Source: an uncultured Anaerolineales bacterium (GTDB taxonomy: Bacteria; Chloroflexota; Anaerolineae; CG2-30-64-16). From it: DNA of 64,000 bases. Positions within the stretch are counted from its first letter, which is position 1. Each line of letters starts with the position of its first letter. Shown piece after piece: positions 46,641 through 54,705 of the stretch. The stretch spans positions 1,295 to 65,294 of the forward strand of contig CAZTMA010000001.1 in the NCBI GenBank assembly GCA_964614645.1. The letters are read 5' to 3'. The translations under genes were made by a program, and so were the position numbers. The notes under the pieces were generated by a model. That model was given only the letters and a program-made list of their open reading frames with translations. It had not been told where the DNA came from and made no database searches.

Positions 46641-47797
46641 AGTTTGAGGATATCGTGCGCCGGCTGGCGGATTTGTTGGCCGAGTTGTTCCCCGCAGCGG
46701 CCGCTGGGCCGCGCCTTGCCGAGGCAGCCGGCATCGAGTTGGAAGGCAGCCTGCTCGACGGGGGCCAGGATCGGGTAGCCTGGTGGCGCGCCGCGCTCAG
46801 CACAGTGACGGAGGAACAGGTGGGCAAGCTGCTGGCGCTGGCCCAGCAGGAGCGTGCCGGTTCCTTTGCCCTGTTGATCCTGCAGAGCGAATTCGAGCGG
46901 TGGTGGCGCGAACGCCACCAGGTCTACCGCGGGGCCAAATCCGGAGCCCGACCTGAACCGGTGTCCCCACCGGCACCCATTTCGAAGGACGTGGAGCCGC
47001 CCGAAACCACCGGGCCATCCGCTCCGCAATCCTCTTTCTCCGCTGGGGTTGCGGCAGTGACTACCCTGCGGCTGGACGCTGCCGTGCCGGAGCGCGTCGT
47101 AGTAGGCCGGCCCTTCACGATTGCCGTGGCCGTCCGCCAACTGGCCTCCCCGCGGCTGAGCGAGGCGGATATGCCTGTGATGCGCTCCAGCGATGCGCAG
47201 GTGTTCTGGCCCGCGGGGCAGCCGTTCGTGCGGCTGCGCCTCGAGGTCTCGTCGGCATACTGCACGGTGAACAATGAGTCATCGCGCGCCTTCAGGCTCT
47301 ACCAGGCCCACGACTCGCCCACATTCTACTTCTCCCTGACGCCCACCGTTACCGGCCAGATCGATGTCCATATCGAGCTGTACCAGGAAGATGACCTCAT
47401 CGGCAGCACGCGCATCAACACCACGGCGGATGAGCAGGTGCAGCGGCTGGCCGGCACGGTCGAGATCGTGATGCACAGCCAGACCGTCGAGGCTGCGCGG
47501 ATGACGGCCGCGGCGAAGATGAAATTGGCGAAGACGCTGCTGCGCTGCCCGACCGTCCTCGACCGGGAGAATCGGGATGCGATCGTCACCGATCTGCCCG
47601 AGGAGATTCGGCTTGGAGTGAGCCGCAGCGATTCAGCCCTGCTCGACGTCCAGAACATCATCGGGCTGGCTTTGAACTATGAGGGAGGGCTGAACGCCTT
47701 CATCGAGGGGGTGCGCCTGTTCGAAGGCAATTCGCTCCCCATGGCGAAGGTGGATCGCGTCCTGGGCGAGATTGGTTGGGTCGGTCTGGCGGACTGA
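46637..47797 (+). CDS. N-dom + beta-rich middle domain + C-terminal X domain (island gene E)
   Basis: 4-nt overlap with gene D. C-terminus ...GGLNAFIEGVRLFEGNSLPMAKVDRVLGEIG. Confidence 0.65.
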   Translation: MKFEDIVRRLADLLAELFPAAAAGPRLAEAAGIELEGSLLDGGQDRVAWWRAALSTVTEEQVGKLLALAQQERAGSFALLILQSEFERWWRERHQVYRGAKSGARPEPVSPPAPISKDVEPPETTGPSAPQSSFSAGVAAVTTLRLDAAVPERVVVGRPFTIAVAVRQLASPRLSEADMPVMRSSDAQVFWPAGQPFVRLRLEVSSAYCTVNNESSRAFRLYQAHDSPTFYFSLTPTVTGQIDVHIELYQEDDLIGSTRINTTADEQVQRLAGTVEIVMHSQTVEAARMTAAAKMKLAKTLLRCPTVLDRENRDAIVTDLPEEIRLGVSRSDSALLDVQNIIGLALNYEGGLNAFIEGVRLFEGNSLPMAKVDRVLGEIGWVGLAD

Positions 47798-47803
47798 TCG
47801 CGA

Positions 47804-49162
47804 TCAGCCGATGAGCACCTGCGCTTCGGGGTAGGACACGGGCTGGGGTGGCGCGGTCTGGGCGAGCGCGGCGACGACGGTCAGCGCGCCCAAACGTCCC
47901 CAGAACATCACAAACATGATGACGAACTGGCCGAAGAGGTTGAGCTGGTCGGTGAAGGCCAGCGACAGGCCGGTCGTCGCGAAGGCCGAGACCACCTCGA
48001 ACAGCGCCGTGTCAAGCGTGACGCGGTGGGTCATCAGGATCAGCCAGGTCGCGATGCCGACCACAAACAGAGAGATCGTCAGCACTGCGCCGGCGCGGCG
48101 CACGGTGTCCGCCCCGATGGACCTGCCGCCAATCTGCGCGACCGGCTGCCCCTGGGCATAGGCCCACAGCGAAAGTGTCAGGACGGCGAACGTGCCGGTC
48201 GTGATGCCCCCACCCATGGAGGCAGGCGCGGAGCCAATCAGCATCAGGGCCATGACGAGCCATTGGCTCGCCGGCGTCAGTTGCTCGAAGCCTGACAGGG
48301 CCGCAAACCCCGCAGTCCGGGCTGAGATTGACTGGAACAGCGACATGCTGAGGCGCTCGAACCAGGCCATCTGCGTCATCGTGCCGTTCACCCTGGATTC
48401 AGCCAACAGGATGCCCAGCCACCCCACTGCTATCAACCCCGCGTAGACCGCAAAGGTGATCTTCGTGTGCAGGGTCAGCTTACCCCGCTGCCAGAACAGG
48501 TCTGAGAGCACGGGGATCCCCAGCCCGCCGAAGATAATCAGCCCCGCGAAGACGCCGAGCGTAAACGGATCGGTCGGGATCCCGCCTGTGTGGCCCGGCG
48601 TGCCCGTGAACAGCTCGAAGCCCGCGTTGCAGAAGGCCGATGTGGCATGGAAGATGGCATAGAACAGCGCGCGTCCATTGCCCAGCATGTGTCGCCAGCT
48701 CAGCCATAACAAGGCCGCGCCTGTCCCCTGAATCGCCAGCGAGGTCAGGAAGACCCGGCCCGCAATGTTCAGAACCGCGCGTGGCTCGAGCAGACCCAGG
48801 GAATCGCGTAGCGCCAGCCGGTCCGCCAGCGAGATTTTACGGCCCAGCAGCCGCAGAATGACGACCGCCGCCGACATGAACCCGACGCCGCCAATTTGCA
48901 CGAGCAGCAGGAGAATCACCTGGCCCGCCAGGCTGAGGTCTTGCGCCGGCACGATGATCGAGAGACCCGTCACCGCCAGCGCGGAAGTCGCGGTGAAAAG
49001 GGCTTCGTTGGCTGCAAGCGGCCGCGTGGCAACCCCCGGCAGAAGCAACAGCAGCGTGCCGAGCAGGATCAGCAGCCCCAGGCCGCCTACCAGCCGGACG
49101 GCCGTCCGGATGCGGTGACGCTGTACATTCCGGGCGGCGACCGGGCGCCTCATGGCGGGCAT
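47804..49162 (-). CDS. trkH: TrkH/KtrB family potassium uptake membrane subunit
   Basis: Repeated pore-loop GxG-like segments and 8+ TM helices. Confidence 0.8.
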   Translation of the reverse strand: MPAMRRPVAARNVQRHRIRTAVRLVGGLGLLILLGTLLLLLPGVATRPLAANEALFTATSALAVTGLSIIVPAQDLSLAGQVILLLLVQIGGVGFMSAAVVILRLLGRKISLADRLALRDSLGLLEPRAVLNIAGRVFLTSLAIQGTGAALLWLSWRHMLGNGRALFYAIFHATSAFCNAGFELFTGTPGHTGGIPTDPFTLGVFAGLIIFGGLGIPVLSDLFWQRGKLTLHTKITFAVYAGLIAVGWLGILLAESRVNGTMTQMAWFERLSMSLFQSISARTAGFAALSGFEQLTPASQWLVMALMLIGSAPASMGGGITTGTFAVLTLSLWAYAQGQPVAQIGGRSIGADTVRRAGAVLTISLFVVGIATWLILMTHRVTLDTALFEVVSAFATTGLSLAFTDQLNLFGQFVIMFVMFWGRLGALTVVAALAQTAPPQPVSYPEAQVLIG

Positions 49163-49165
49163 GCG

Positions 49166-49831
49166 CTAGGATACCCTGGCGAGCCGGTCGAGATTGGCGT
49201 TGGAACCGATGACCACAAGCAGGTCGTCCGCCTGCATGATTACATCTGCAGACGGCGAGATCAGGAATTCCTCGTTGCGCTTGATCGCCAGCAATGTGAT
49301 GGCGAACCGGCCGCGCAGGTCTACCTGGCGCAGGCTCCGGCCTACGAAGGAACTGGGCGTGCGGAACTCGGTGATCGTGTGGTCCGCATCCAGGGTGAGG
49401 TGATCGAGGAGCAAGGGCATGGTCAGGCTGTAGGCGAGCCGCTGGCCGGCCTCATATTCGGGCAGAACTACCCGATCCGCGCCGACCTTGAGCAGGATGG
49501 TTTTCTGTCGCTCGCTGAGAGCCTTGCACACGATCCGGCGCACCCCCAGGCTTTTCAAAGCGACGGTCGCCATGAGATTACTCTCGAAGTCCGCGCCGAT
49601 GGCCACCACGACCGTGTCAAACGACGCGATATCGATCGCCCGCAGGGCGTCCTCGTCGCTCGCATCCAGGGCCACGGTCTGTGTCAGCTCGTCCGCGAAC
49701 TGCTGCACCAGGGCGCGGTCGCGATCGATGCCGATGACCGTGTATCCGCGTGCGACCAGTGTCAGCGCGAGGCTGCTGCCGAAACGGCCCAGCCCGATGA
49801 CGGCAAATTCAGGTTGGTTGTTCTTCGCCAT
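49166..49831 (-). CDS. trkA: TrkA/KtrA potassium uptake regulatory subunit (RCK N/C domains)
   Basis: AVIGLGRFGSSLA NAD-binding motif. Confidence 0.9.
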   Translation of the reverse strand: MAKNNQPEFAVIGLGRFGSSLALTLVARGYTVIGIDRDRALVQQFADELTQTVALDASDEDALRAIDIASFDTVVVAIGADFESNLMATVALKSLGVRRIVCKALSERQKTILLKVGADRVVLPEYEAGQRLAYSLTMPLLLDHLTLDADHTITEFRTPSSFVGRSLRQVDLRGRFAITLLAIKRNEEFLISPSADVIMQADDLLVVIGSNANLDRLARVS

Positions 49832-50008
49832 AGGTGTGGGTTCCTCTAGCGGTCAAACTGGGGTGCTGCACACAGTCTACTCTTGTCCCGCGTCTTGCGC
49901 AAGCGGCAAAAGTCGCCAATCGTATTTCCGGCCCCTGTCCCTGGTAAGCTTTTGTGCTAGCTTTGTCAACAGGCTTGCGCGCCATGGCCGCGGCATCGCG
50001 CGCCGGAA

Positions 50009-50037
50009 TTGTCAACATTCGACAACGGCTATACAAT
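50009..50037 (+). promoter_or_regulatory. Promoter of the cooC-like/carH operon, flanked by TTGTCAACA repeats
   Basis: TTGTCA, 17-nt spacer, TACAAT. TTTGTCAACA at 49963 and ATTGTCAACA/TTCGACAACG at 50008-50027. Confidence 0.4.
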
Positions 50038-50093
50038 GACTCTTGCAACAGACATGCCTGACGATTACGACTGACCAGGATAAGGACAACATC

Positions 50094-50876
50094 ATGCCAA
50101 AAATCGCCATTACCGGAAAAGGCGGCGTCGGGAAGACGACGTTGACCGCGCTGCTCTCGTACGTTTATGCCCAGCAGGGCCACGATGTGATTGCCATTGA
50201 CGCGGACCCCGCGGGCAACCTGGGGATGGCCTTCGGGCTCAGTGCGGCGCTGGATGCTGAGCTCAAGCCCATCGCGGAGATGGAAGCCTTGATCTACGAG
50301 CGCACCGGCGCCCAGCCCGGCACGGTCGGCGGCTGGTTCAAGCTCAACCCTAAGGTGGACGACATCCCTGACAATTTCAGCATCCACCACCGGGGCGTGC
50401 GGCTCCTGCGCCTGGGCACGGTGCGCGGGGGCGGGACGGGTTGCCTGTGTCCTGAAAATGCGCTGCTCAAAGCCCTGGTCACGCACCTGTTGTTGCGCAA
50501 GAACCAGACGCTTATCCTGGATATGGAAGCGGGCGTGGAGCACCTGGGCCGGGGCACAGCCGGCTCCGTCGATGCATTCGTGATTGTAGTGGAGCCGGGC
50601 CTGCGCAGCCTGGGCACTGCGGAGCAGATCCGCGGGCTGGCTGCAGAAATCGGCATCCATCAGGTGTACCTGGTCGCAAACAAGACCCGTCATGCGGACG
50701 ATGAGGCCTTTATCCGGGCCCATGCGGATGGGATGCCCGTGTTGGGCAGCCTGCCGTATACCGCCGATGCAGTGGCCGCGGATCAGGGAGGGCTGGCCGT
50801 TTTCGACCAGGCGCCTGAGCTGCTGGCGGCCGCAGAGCGGATCGCGGATGCCCTGGCAGAACTTGCAGTGACGTGA
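50094..50876 (+). CDS. CooC-family P-loop ATPase (nickel-insertion/MinD-ParA class) with a CxC motif
   Basis: IAITGKGGVGKTT, IDADP, and GTVRGGGTGCLCPENALLKAL closely resembling the CooC metal-site region. Confidence 0.8.
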   Translation: MPKIAITGKGGVGKTTLTALLSYVYAQQGHDVIAIDADPAGNLGMAFGLSAALDAELKPIAEMEALIYERTGAQPGTVGGWFKLNPKVDDIPDNFSIHHRGVRLLRLGTVRGGGTGCLCPENALLKALVTHLLLRKNQTLILDMEAGVEHLGRGTAGSVDAFVIVVEPGLRSLGTAEQIRGLAAEIGIHQVYLVANKTRHADDEAFIRAHADGMPVLGSLPYTADAVAADQGGLAVFDQAPELLAAAERIADALAELAVT

Positions 50877-50882
50877 GGCGAG

Positions 50883-51851
50883 GTGGCTATGACTGAGGAA
50901 GCGCGCTTGAGTGCCTACGACGATGCACCCGTCTACACCATCAAGACGGTCGTGCAGGAGACGGGCATCCCGCCGGCCACGTTGCGGGCCTGGGAACGGC
51001 GTTACGGGGTATTGTCGCCCGGCCGCAGCGACGGCGGCTATCGGCTCTATTCGGAGCGCGATATCGCCATCCTGCGCTGGCTGAAAACGCAGGTGGATAC
51101 AGGCGTCTCCATCAGCCGGGCTGTGGCGCTCCTGGAACTGCGGCACCAGGCCGGGGAGCAGCCGGAACGCAAGACCGCCCGATCCGGGCCGGATCAGGCG
51201 CTACTGGCCCCGGCGGGAGCGCGCAGCGCCGATGCCATCGGTGATGAACTGGTGGATGCTCTGTTAGCATTCCAGGAAGCGCGCGTGGAAACCCTCCTGA
51301 ACGAGGCCTTCGCGCTGTATCCGGTGGAAGCGGTGGCCGAGGACATCATCACGCCGGTCCTCGTTGAAATCGGTGAGATGTGGCACCGAGGCGAGGCGAG
51401 CGTCGTGCAGGAGCACTTCGCCACGGCAATCCTGCGCCGCCGGCTGACCGCCCTGTTCCACGCCTACGCGCAGCCCGCCGCGGGGCCGCTGGCCATGACC
51501 GGCTCCGGCCCGTCGGAATGGCATGATGTGGGCATTTTGCTCGTCAGTCTGGTGCTGCGCCGGATGGGTTGGCGGGTCATCTATCTGGGCCAGAATGTGC
51601 CTGCAGACCACTTGGGGCAGGAGATCGCCCGGCTGCGGCCCGCGCTGGTTTGCCTCTCCGCCAGTACCCGCGAAAGCGGAGACGCGCTGGCAGATGTATA
51701 CGAGTTAGTGCGCGCTCTGCCGGAGCCCCGGCCGCGCCTGGTCTTCGGCGGCCGCGCGTTCAATATTCACCCGGAACTGCGGAGCCGCTTTGCCGGCACC
51801 TACATCGCAGGCAGCGCTCGCGAACTCGCAAACGAATTAAGCCTCGGCTGA
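50883..51851 (+). CDS. carH: MerR-family regulator with C-terminal cobalamin-binding domain (CarH/LitR-like light sensor), paralogue 1
   Basis: MerR HTH (YTIKTVVQETGIPPATLRAWERRYG), W-x9-EH motif (EMWHRGEASVVQEHF), B12 Rossmann motif (EWHDVG). Confidence 0.8.
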   Translation: MAMTEEARLSAYDDAPVYTIKTVVQETGIPPATLRAWERRYGVLSPGRSDGGYRLYSERDIAILRWLKTQVDTGVSISRAVALLELRHQAGEQPERKTARSGPDQALLAPAGARSADAIGDELVDALLAFQEARVETLLNEAFALYPVEAVAEDIITPVLVEIGEMWHRGEASVVQEHFATAILRRRLTALFHAYAQPAAGPLAMTGSGPSEWHDVGILLVSLVLRRMGWRVIYLGQNVPADHLGQEIARLRPALVCLSASTRESGDALADVYELVRALPEPRPRLVFGGRAFNIHPELRSRFAGTYIAGSARELANELSLG

Positions 51852-51862
51852 TCTTACCCCTT

Positions 51863-51890
51863 GTAGAGACGTTCCGCGGAACGTCTCTAC
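51863..51890. terminator. Perfect 28-bp palindrome after carH-1 (terminator or operator)
   Basis: gtagagacgttccgc|ggaacgtctctac. Confidence 0.45.
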
Positions 51891-51900
51891 AATCCACCAA

Positions 51901-51948
51901 ACAAACTATAAACAAACTATTGACATCTGTCTGCTTCTGTGCTATAGT
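51901..51948 (+). promoter_or_regulatory. carH-2 promoter with 11-bp direct repeats overlapping -35 (candidate CarH operator)
   Basis: ACAAACTATA AACAAACTAT TGACAT; TTGACA, 17-nt spacer, TATAGT. Confidence 0.5.
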
Positions 51949-52019
51949 GCTGAGGATTGTGCAGGTAATCTACCGTGCGGAGATGTTCCGCCGGAATGTC
52001 CCTGCAAGCGTAGCCAGGA

Positions 52020-52988
52020 GTGAGCATCAACGTGAACGAGCAGCGAGGCGAGACAGATACGCAGCCCGTGTATAACATCAAGGCGGTGGTGGAGGCCACG
52101 GGTCTGCCCGCGGCCACCTTGCGCGCCTGGGAACGGCGCTATGGCGCCCTTGTGCCCGGCCGCACCGACAGCGGCTACCGGCTCTATTCGGCTCAGGACA
52201 TCAAGGTGCTGCGCTGGCTCAAGGCGCGCGTGGAAGAAGGTCTCACGATTAGCCAGGCGATTGCCCTCCACCGCCATCGCAGGCTGGGCGAGCCCGGCGC
52301 AGCGGCCGACGAGCCTCGCGCTGAGAGCCGCCAGGGCCTGACCGGCGCGCGGGATATGCTGCTGGCTGCGCTGATAGATTTTGAGGAGGCGCAGGCTGAC
52401 CGGCTTCTGGAAGAGGCCTTTGCCGTGTACGGCCTCGAAGCGGTGACCGAGCATGTCATCGGCCCCACGATGGTGCAGATCGGTGACCGTTGGCATCGCG
52501 GGGAAGTGACCACCGCGGTCGAACATTTCGCGAGCAACTATCTGCGCCGCAAGATAGACGCCATCATCAACGCCGCGCCGCGCAGCGCCGCCGGCCCCCT
52601 GGTTGTCTTGGGATGTGCGCCGAACGATTGGCATGAGCTTGGGCTGCTCCTCATCTACCTGTTACTGCGCCGCCGCGGCCTGCGCACCCTTTACCTGGGC
52701 CAGAATGTGCCGGTGCTGCAGTTTGTCGAAGAAATGGAACGTCTGCGCCCCGCCATCGTCGTTATTGCTGCTACCACTGCTGAGACCGCTGGCGGCGTTG
52801 GGGAGCTGGCTGCAGCCCTACAGAGCCTGCCCGAACCGCGGCCGGTGTTTGCCTTTGGAGGTCGGGCCTTTAACGTTCAGCCTGAATTGCGCAGGGAGAT
52901 TCCGGGCATCTTTCTGGGCGAGAACGCACGTTCCGCCGTCGAGTACCTCGTAGCCTTACTCGATGACATTAAAACAGTTAGTCCGTAG
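52020..52988 (+). CDS. carH: MerR-family B12-binding regulator (CarH/LitR-like), paralogue 2
   Basis: YNIKAVVEATGLPAATLRAWERRYG, DRWHRGEVTTAVEHF, NDWHELG. Confidence 0.8.
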   Translation: MSINVNEQRGETDTQPVYNIKAVVEATGLPAATLRAWERRYGALVPGRTDSGYRLYSAQDIKVLRWLKARVEEGLTISQAIALHRHRRLGEPGAAADEPRAESRQGLTGARDMLLAALIDFEEAQADRLLEEAFAVYGLEAVTEHVIGPTMVQIGDRWHRGEVTTAVEHFASNYLRRKIDAIINAAPRSAAGPLVVLGCAPNDWHELGLLLIYLLLRRRGLRTLYLGQNVPVLQFVEEMERLRPAIVVIAATTAETAGGVGELAAALQSLPEPRPVFAFGGRAFNVQPELRREIPGIFLGENARSAVEYLVALLDDIKTVSP

Positions 52989-53051
52989 CCTGCCTTACAG
53001 CAAAGTGTGCGTCTACCTAAAGGCAAGATTAAGAGTTAATTAACAGCTTTG

Positions 53052-53088
53052 ACAAACTATTGACATATCGCTGATTTTCACTTATACT
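53052..53088 (+). promoter_or_regulatory. crp/fnr promoter carrying the same ACAAACTATTGACAT motif
   Basis: TTTGACAAACTATTGACAT; TTGACA, 17-nt spacer, TATACT. Confidence 0.5.
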
Positions 53089-53156
53089 CTTGAGAGTAAT
53101 TGGAGGAAGGCTGACAGATCAGTGTTGGATACGAAGTGCAAAGGGGAGGTGTTCTG

Positions 53157-53822
53157 ATGGTGCATCGAGGGAAACAACGATCGGTACCGGAGATTCTGAT
53201 TGAACTCCGCGAAGATGATCCCGAATTCAAGCAAGCAATCACGGCACAGTCAATTCGCTCGGGCCAGACCCTCGCTGAACCGGATGTGCTGGGTCGTAAT
53301 CTCTTTACCCTGATGAAGGGTCGGGTGCAGTTGATTCGTGAAGGGCCCAACGGGCGGCGGCTGGCCATTGCCACGTTGGGGCCGGGCTCGATGTTCGGGG
53401 AAGGCGCGCTGTTGGGCGCCGTAGATCCGTGTGTGAAGGCCGTGGCCTTGACGGATTGTGTGGTCTGGATGGTTCCACAGCCCCAGGCACAAACACTGGC
53501 GCTGCGCTACCCGGTCCTGAGCTGGGGCCTGCTGCAAACCGTGGGGCAGCGTCTCGCCCAGGTCGAAAACCGGATGGAAGAAGTCGCGTACAAGCGGCTG
53601 CCGGAACGGCTGGCCGGTCTGCTGCTGGAGCTGGCGAACGGCGGCAAGGCGATCCGCGGGACGAGCCACCAGGCGCTTGCGGACATGTTGGGCACGTATC
53701 GTGAGACAATCAGCGCCATCCTGCGCGGGTTCAAGGATGATGGCCTGGTTGAACTGGGTTATCGCAAGATCGAGTTGCGGGATTTGCGCGGCCTGCGCAT
53801 GGCGGCCGGCAGCATCGAATAA
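53157..53822 (+). CDS. Crp/Fnr family transcriptional regulator
   Basis: cNMP-binding beta-roll (GPGSMFGEGALL) and C-terminal HTH (HQALADMLGTYRETISAILRGF). Confidence 0.85.
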   Translation: MVHRGKQRSVPEILIELREDDPEFKQAITAQSIRSGQTLAEPDVLGRNLFTLMKGRVQLIREGPNGRRLAIATLGPGSMFGEGALLGAVDPCVKAVALTDCVVWMVPQPQAQTLALRYPVLSWGLLQTVGQRLAQVENRMEEVAYKRLPERLAGLLLELANGGKAIRGTSHQALADMLGTYRETISAILRGFKDDGLVELGYRKIELRDLRGLRMAAGSIE

Positions 53823-53845
53823 GAGTAACAGTTTCAGGTTGTCTA

Positions 53846-53873
53846 CGGGAGCAGTGTACTGGCGCTGCTCCCG
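53846..53873 (+). terminator. Hairpin after crp
   Basis: cgggagcag-tgtactggcg-ctgctcccg. Confidence 0.45.
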
Positions 53874-53924
53874 TATTGTTTAAGCCCTCGAAACAGTGTA
53901 TGATACGAATCGTGAACGCAAAAG

Positions 53925-54647
53925 ATGGAGCGTGCCATGCTCACAGGTAAGGTGGCCTGGGTCACCGGGGCAACGGGCGGTGTAGGGCCAGCAGTCGTCA
54001 AGGATCTGGCGGATGCGGGCGCAATCGTACTGGCGAGCGCGCGGGATGCGGCTGCGGTTGCGGCGTTGGCCGCGAAGCACGGTATCCCTGCAGACCGGTT
54101 CCTGGCACTGCCCGTGGACCTGACGGACGAGTCTGCCGTTCAGACGGCTGTCGCGGCAGGCGTGGCCCGGTTTGGCCGGATCGACATCCTGGCGGCTGTT
54201 GCGGGCACATGGCGCGGCGGTGCAACCGTGGCCGAGACCGAACCGGAAACCCTCGATCTCCTGTGGCGCGTGAATGTGCAGACGGCCTTCAACGCCTGTC
54301 GGGCCGTCCTACCCCATATGACCTCACAGGGGTGGGGTCGCATCGTCACCTTTGGCGCCCGTGCAGCCACGACCGGCCAGGCCAAGAGCGGCGCCTATGC
54401 GGCGAGCAAGGCGGCCGTGCTGGCGCTGACCCAGTCCATTGCGGCTGAGGTGCGCGCCGACGGTGTTACGGCGAATACACTGCTCATGAGCACCGTGGAC
54501 ACGCCGGATAACCGGGCCGCAATGCCTGAGGCGGACTGGAGCAAGTGGGTACAGCCGGAACAAATTGCTGCAGCAGTGCGTTTCCTGTGCAGCGATGCCG
54601 CTGCTGCGCTCAGCGGCGCGGCTGTTCCGTTGTACGGGCGCGCATGA
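53925..54647 (+). CDS. SDR family oxidoreductase
   Basis: VTGATGGVGPAV, YAASKAAV. Confidence 0.85.
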   Translation: MERAMLTGKVAWVTGATGGVGPAVVKDLADAGAIVLASARDAAAVAALAAKHGIPADRFLALPVDLTDESAVQTAVAAGVARFGRIDILAAVAGTWRGGATVAETEPETLDLLWRVNVQTAFNACRAVLPHMTSQGWGRIVTFGARAATTGQAKSGAYAASKAAVLALTQSIAAEVRADGVTANTLLMSTVDTPDNRAAMPEADWSKWVQPEQIAAAVRFLCSDAAAALSGAAVPLYGRA

Positions 54648-54705
54648 CGGGTGGACAGCCACGCAGGTGGAGCGAGGTAATCGGAGGGTAGCCTGAGGTA
54701 GCCTT

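Noticed and set aside
49809-51146. 445-aa antisense ORF over the cooC-like and carH-1 genes
   Set aside because: It is antisense to two genes with clear family motifs. This is a typical high-GC shadow ORF.
53157-53822. Calling the Crp/Fnr protein CooA specifically because of the nearby cooC-like gene
   Set aside because: The CooA-defining haem ligands cannot be verified by eye. It is kept as a generic Crp/Fnr regulator.
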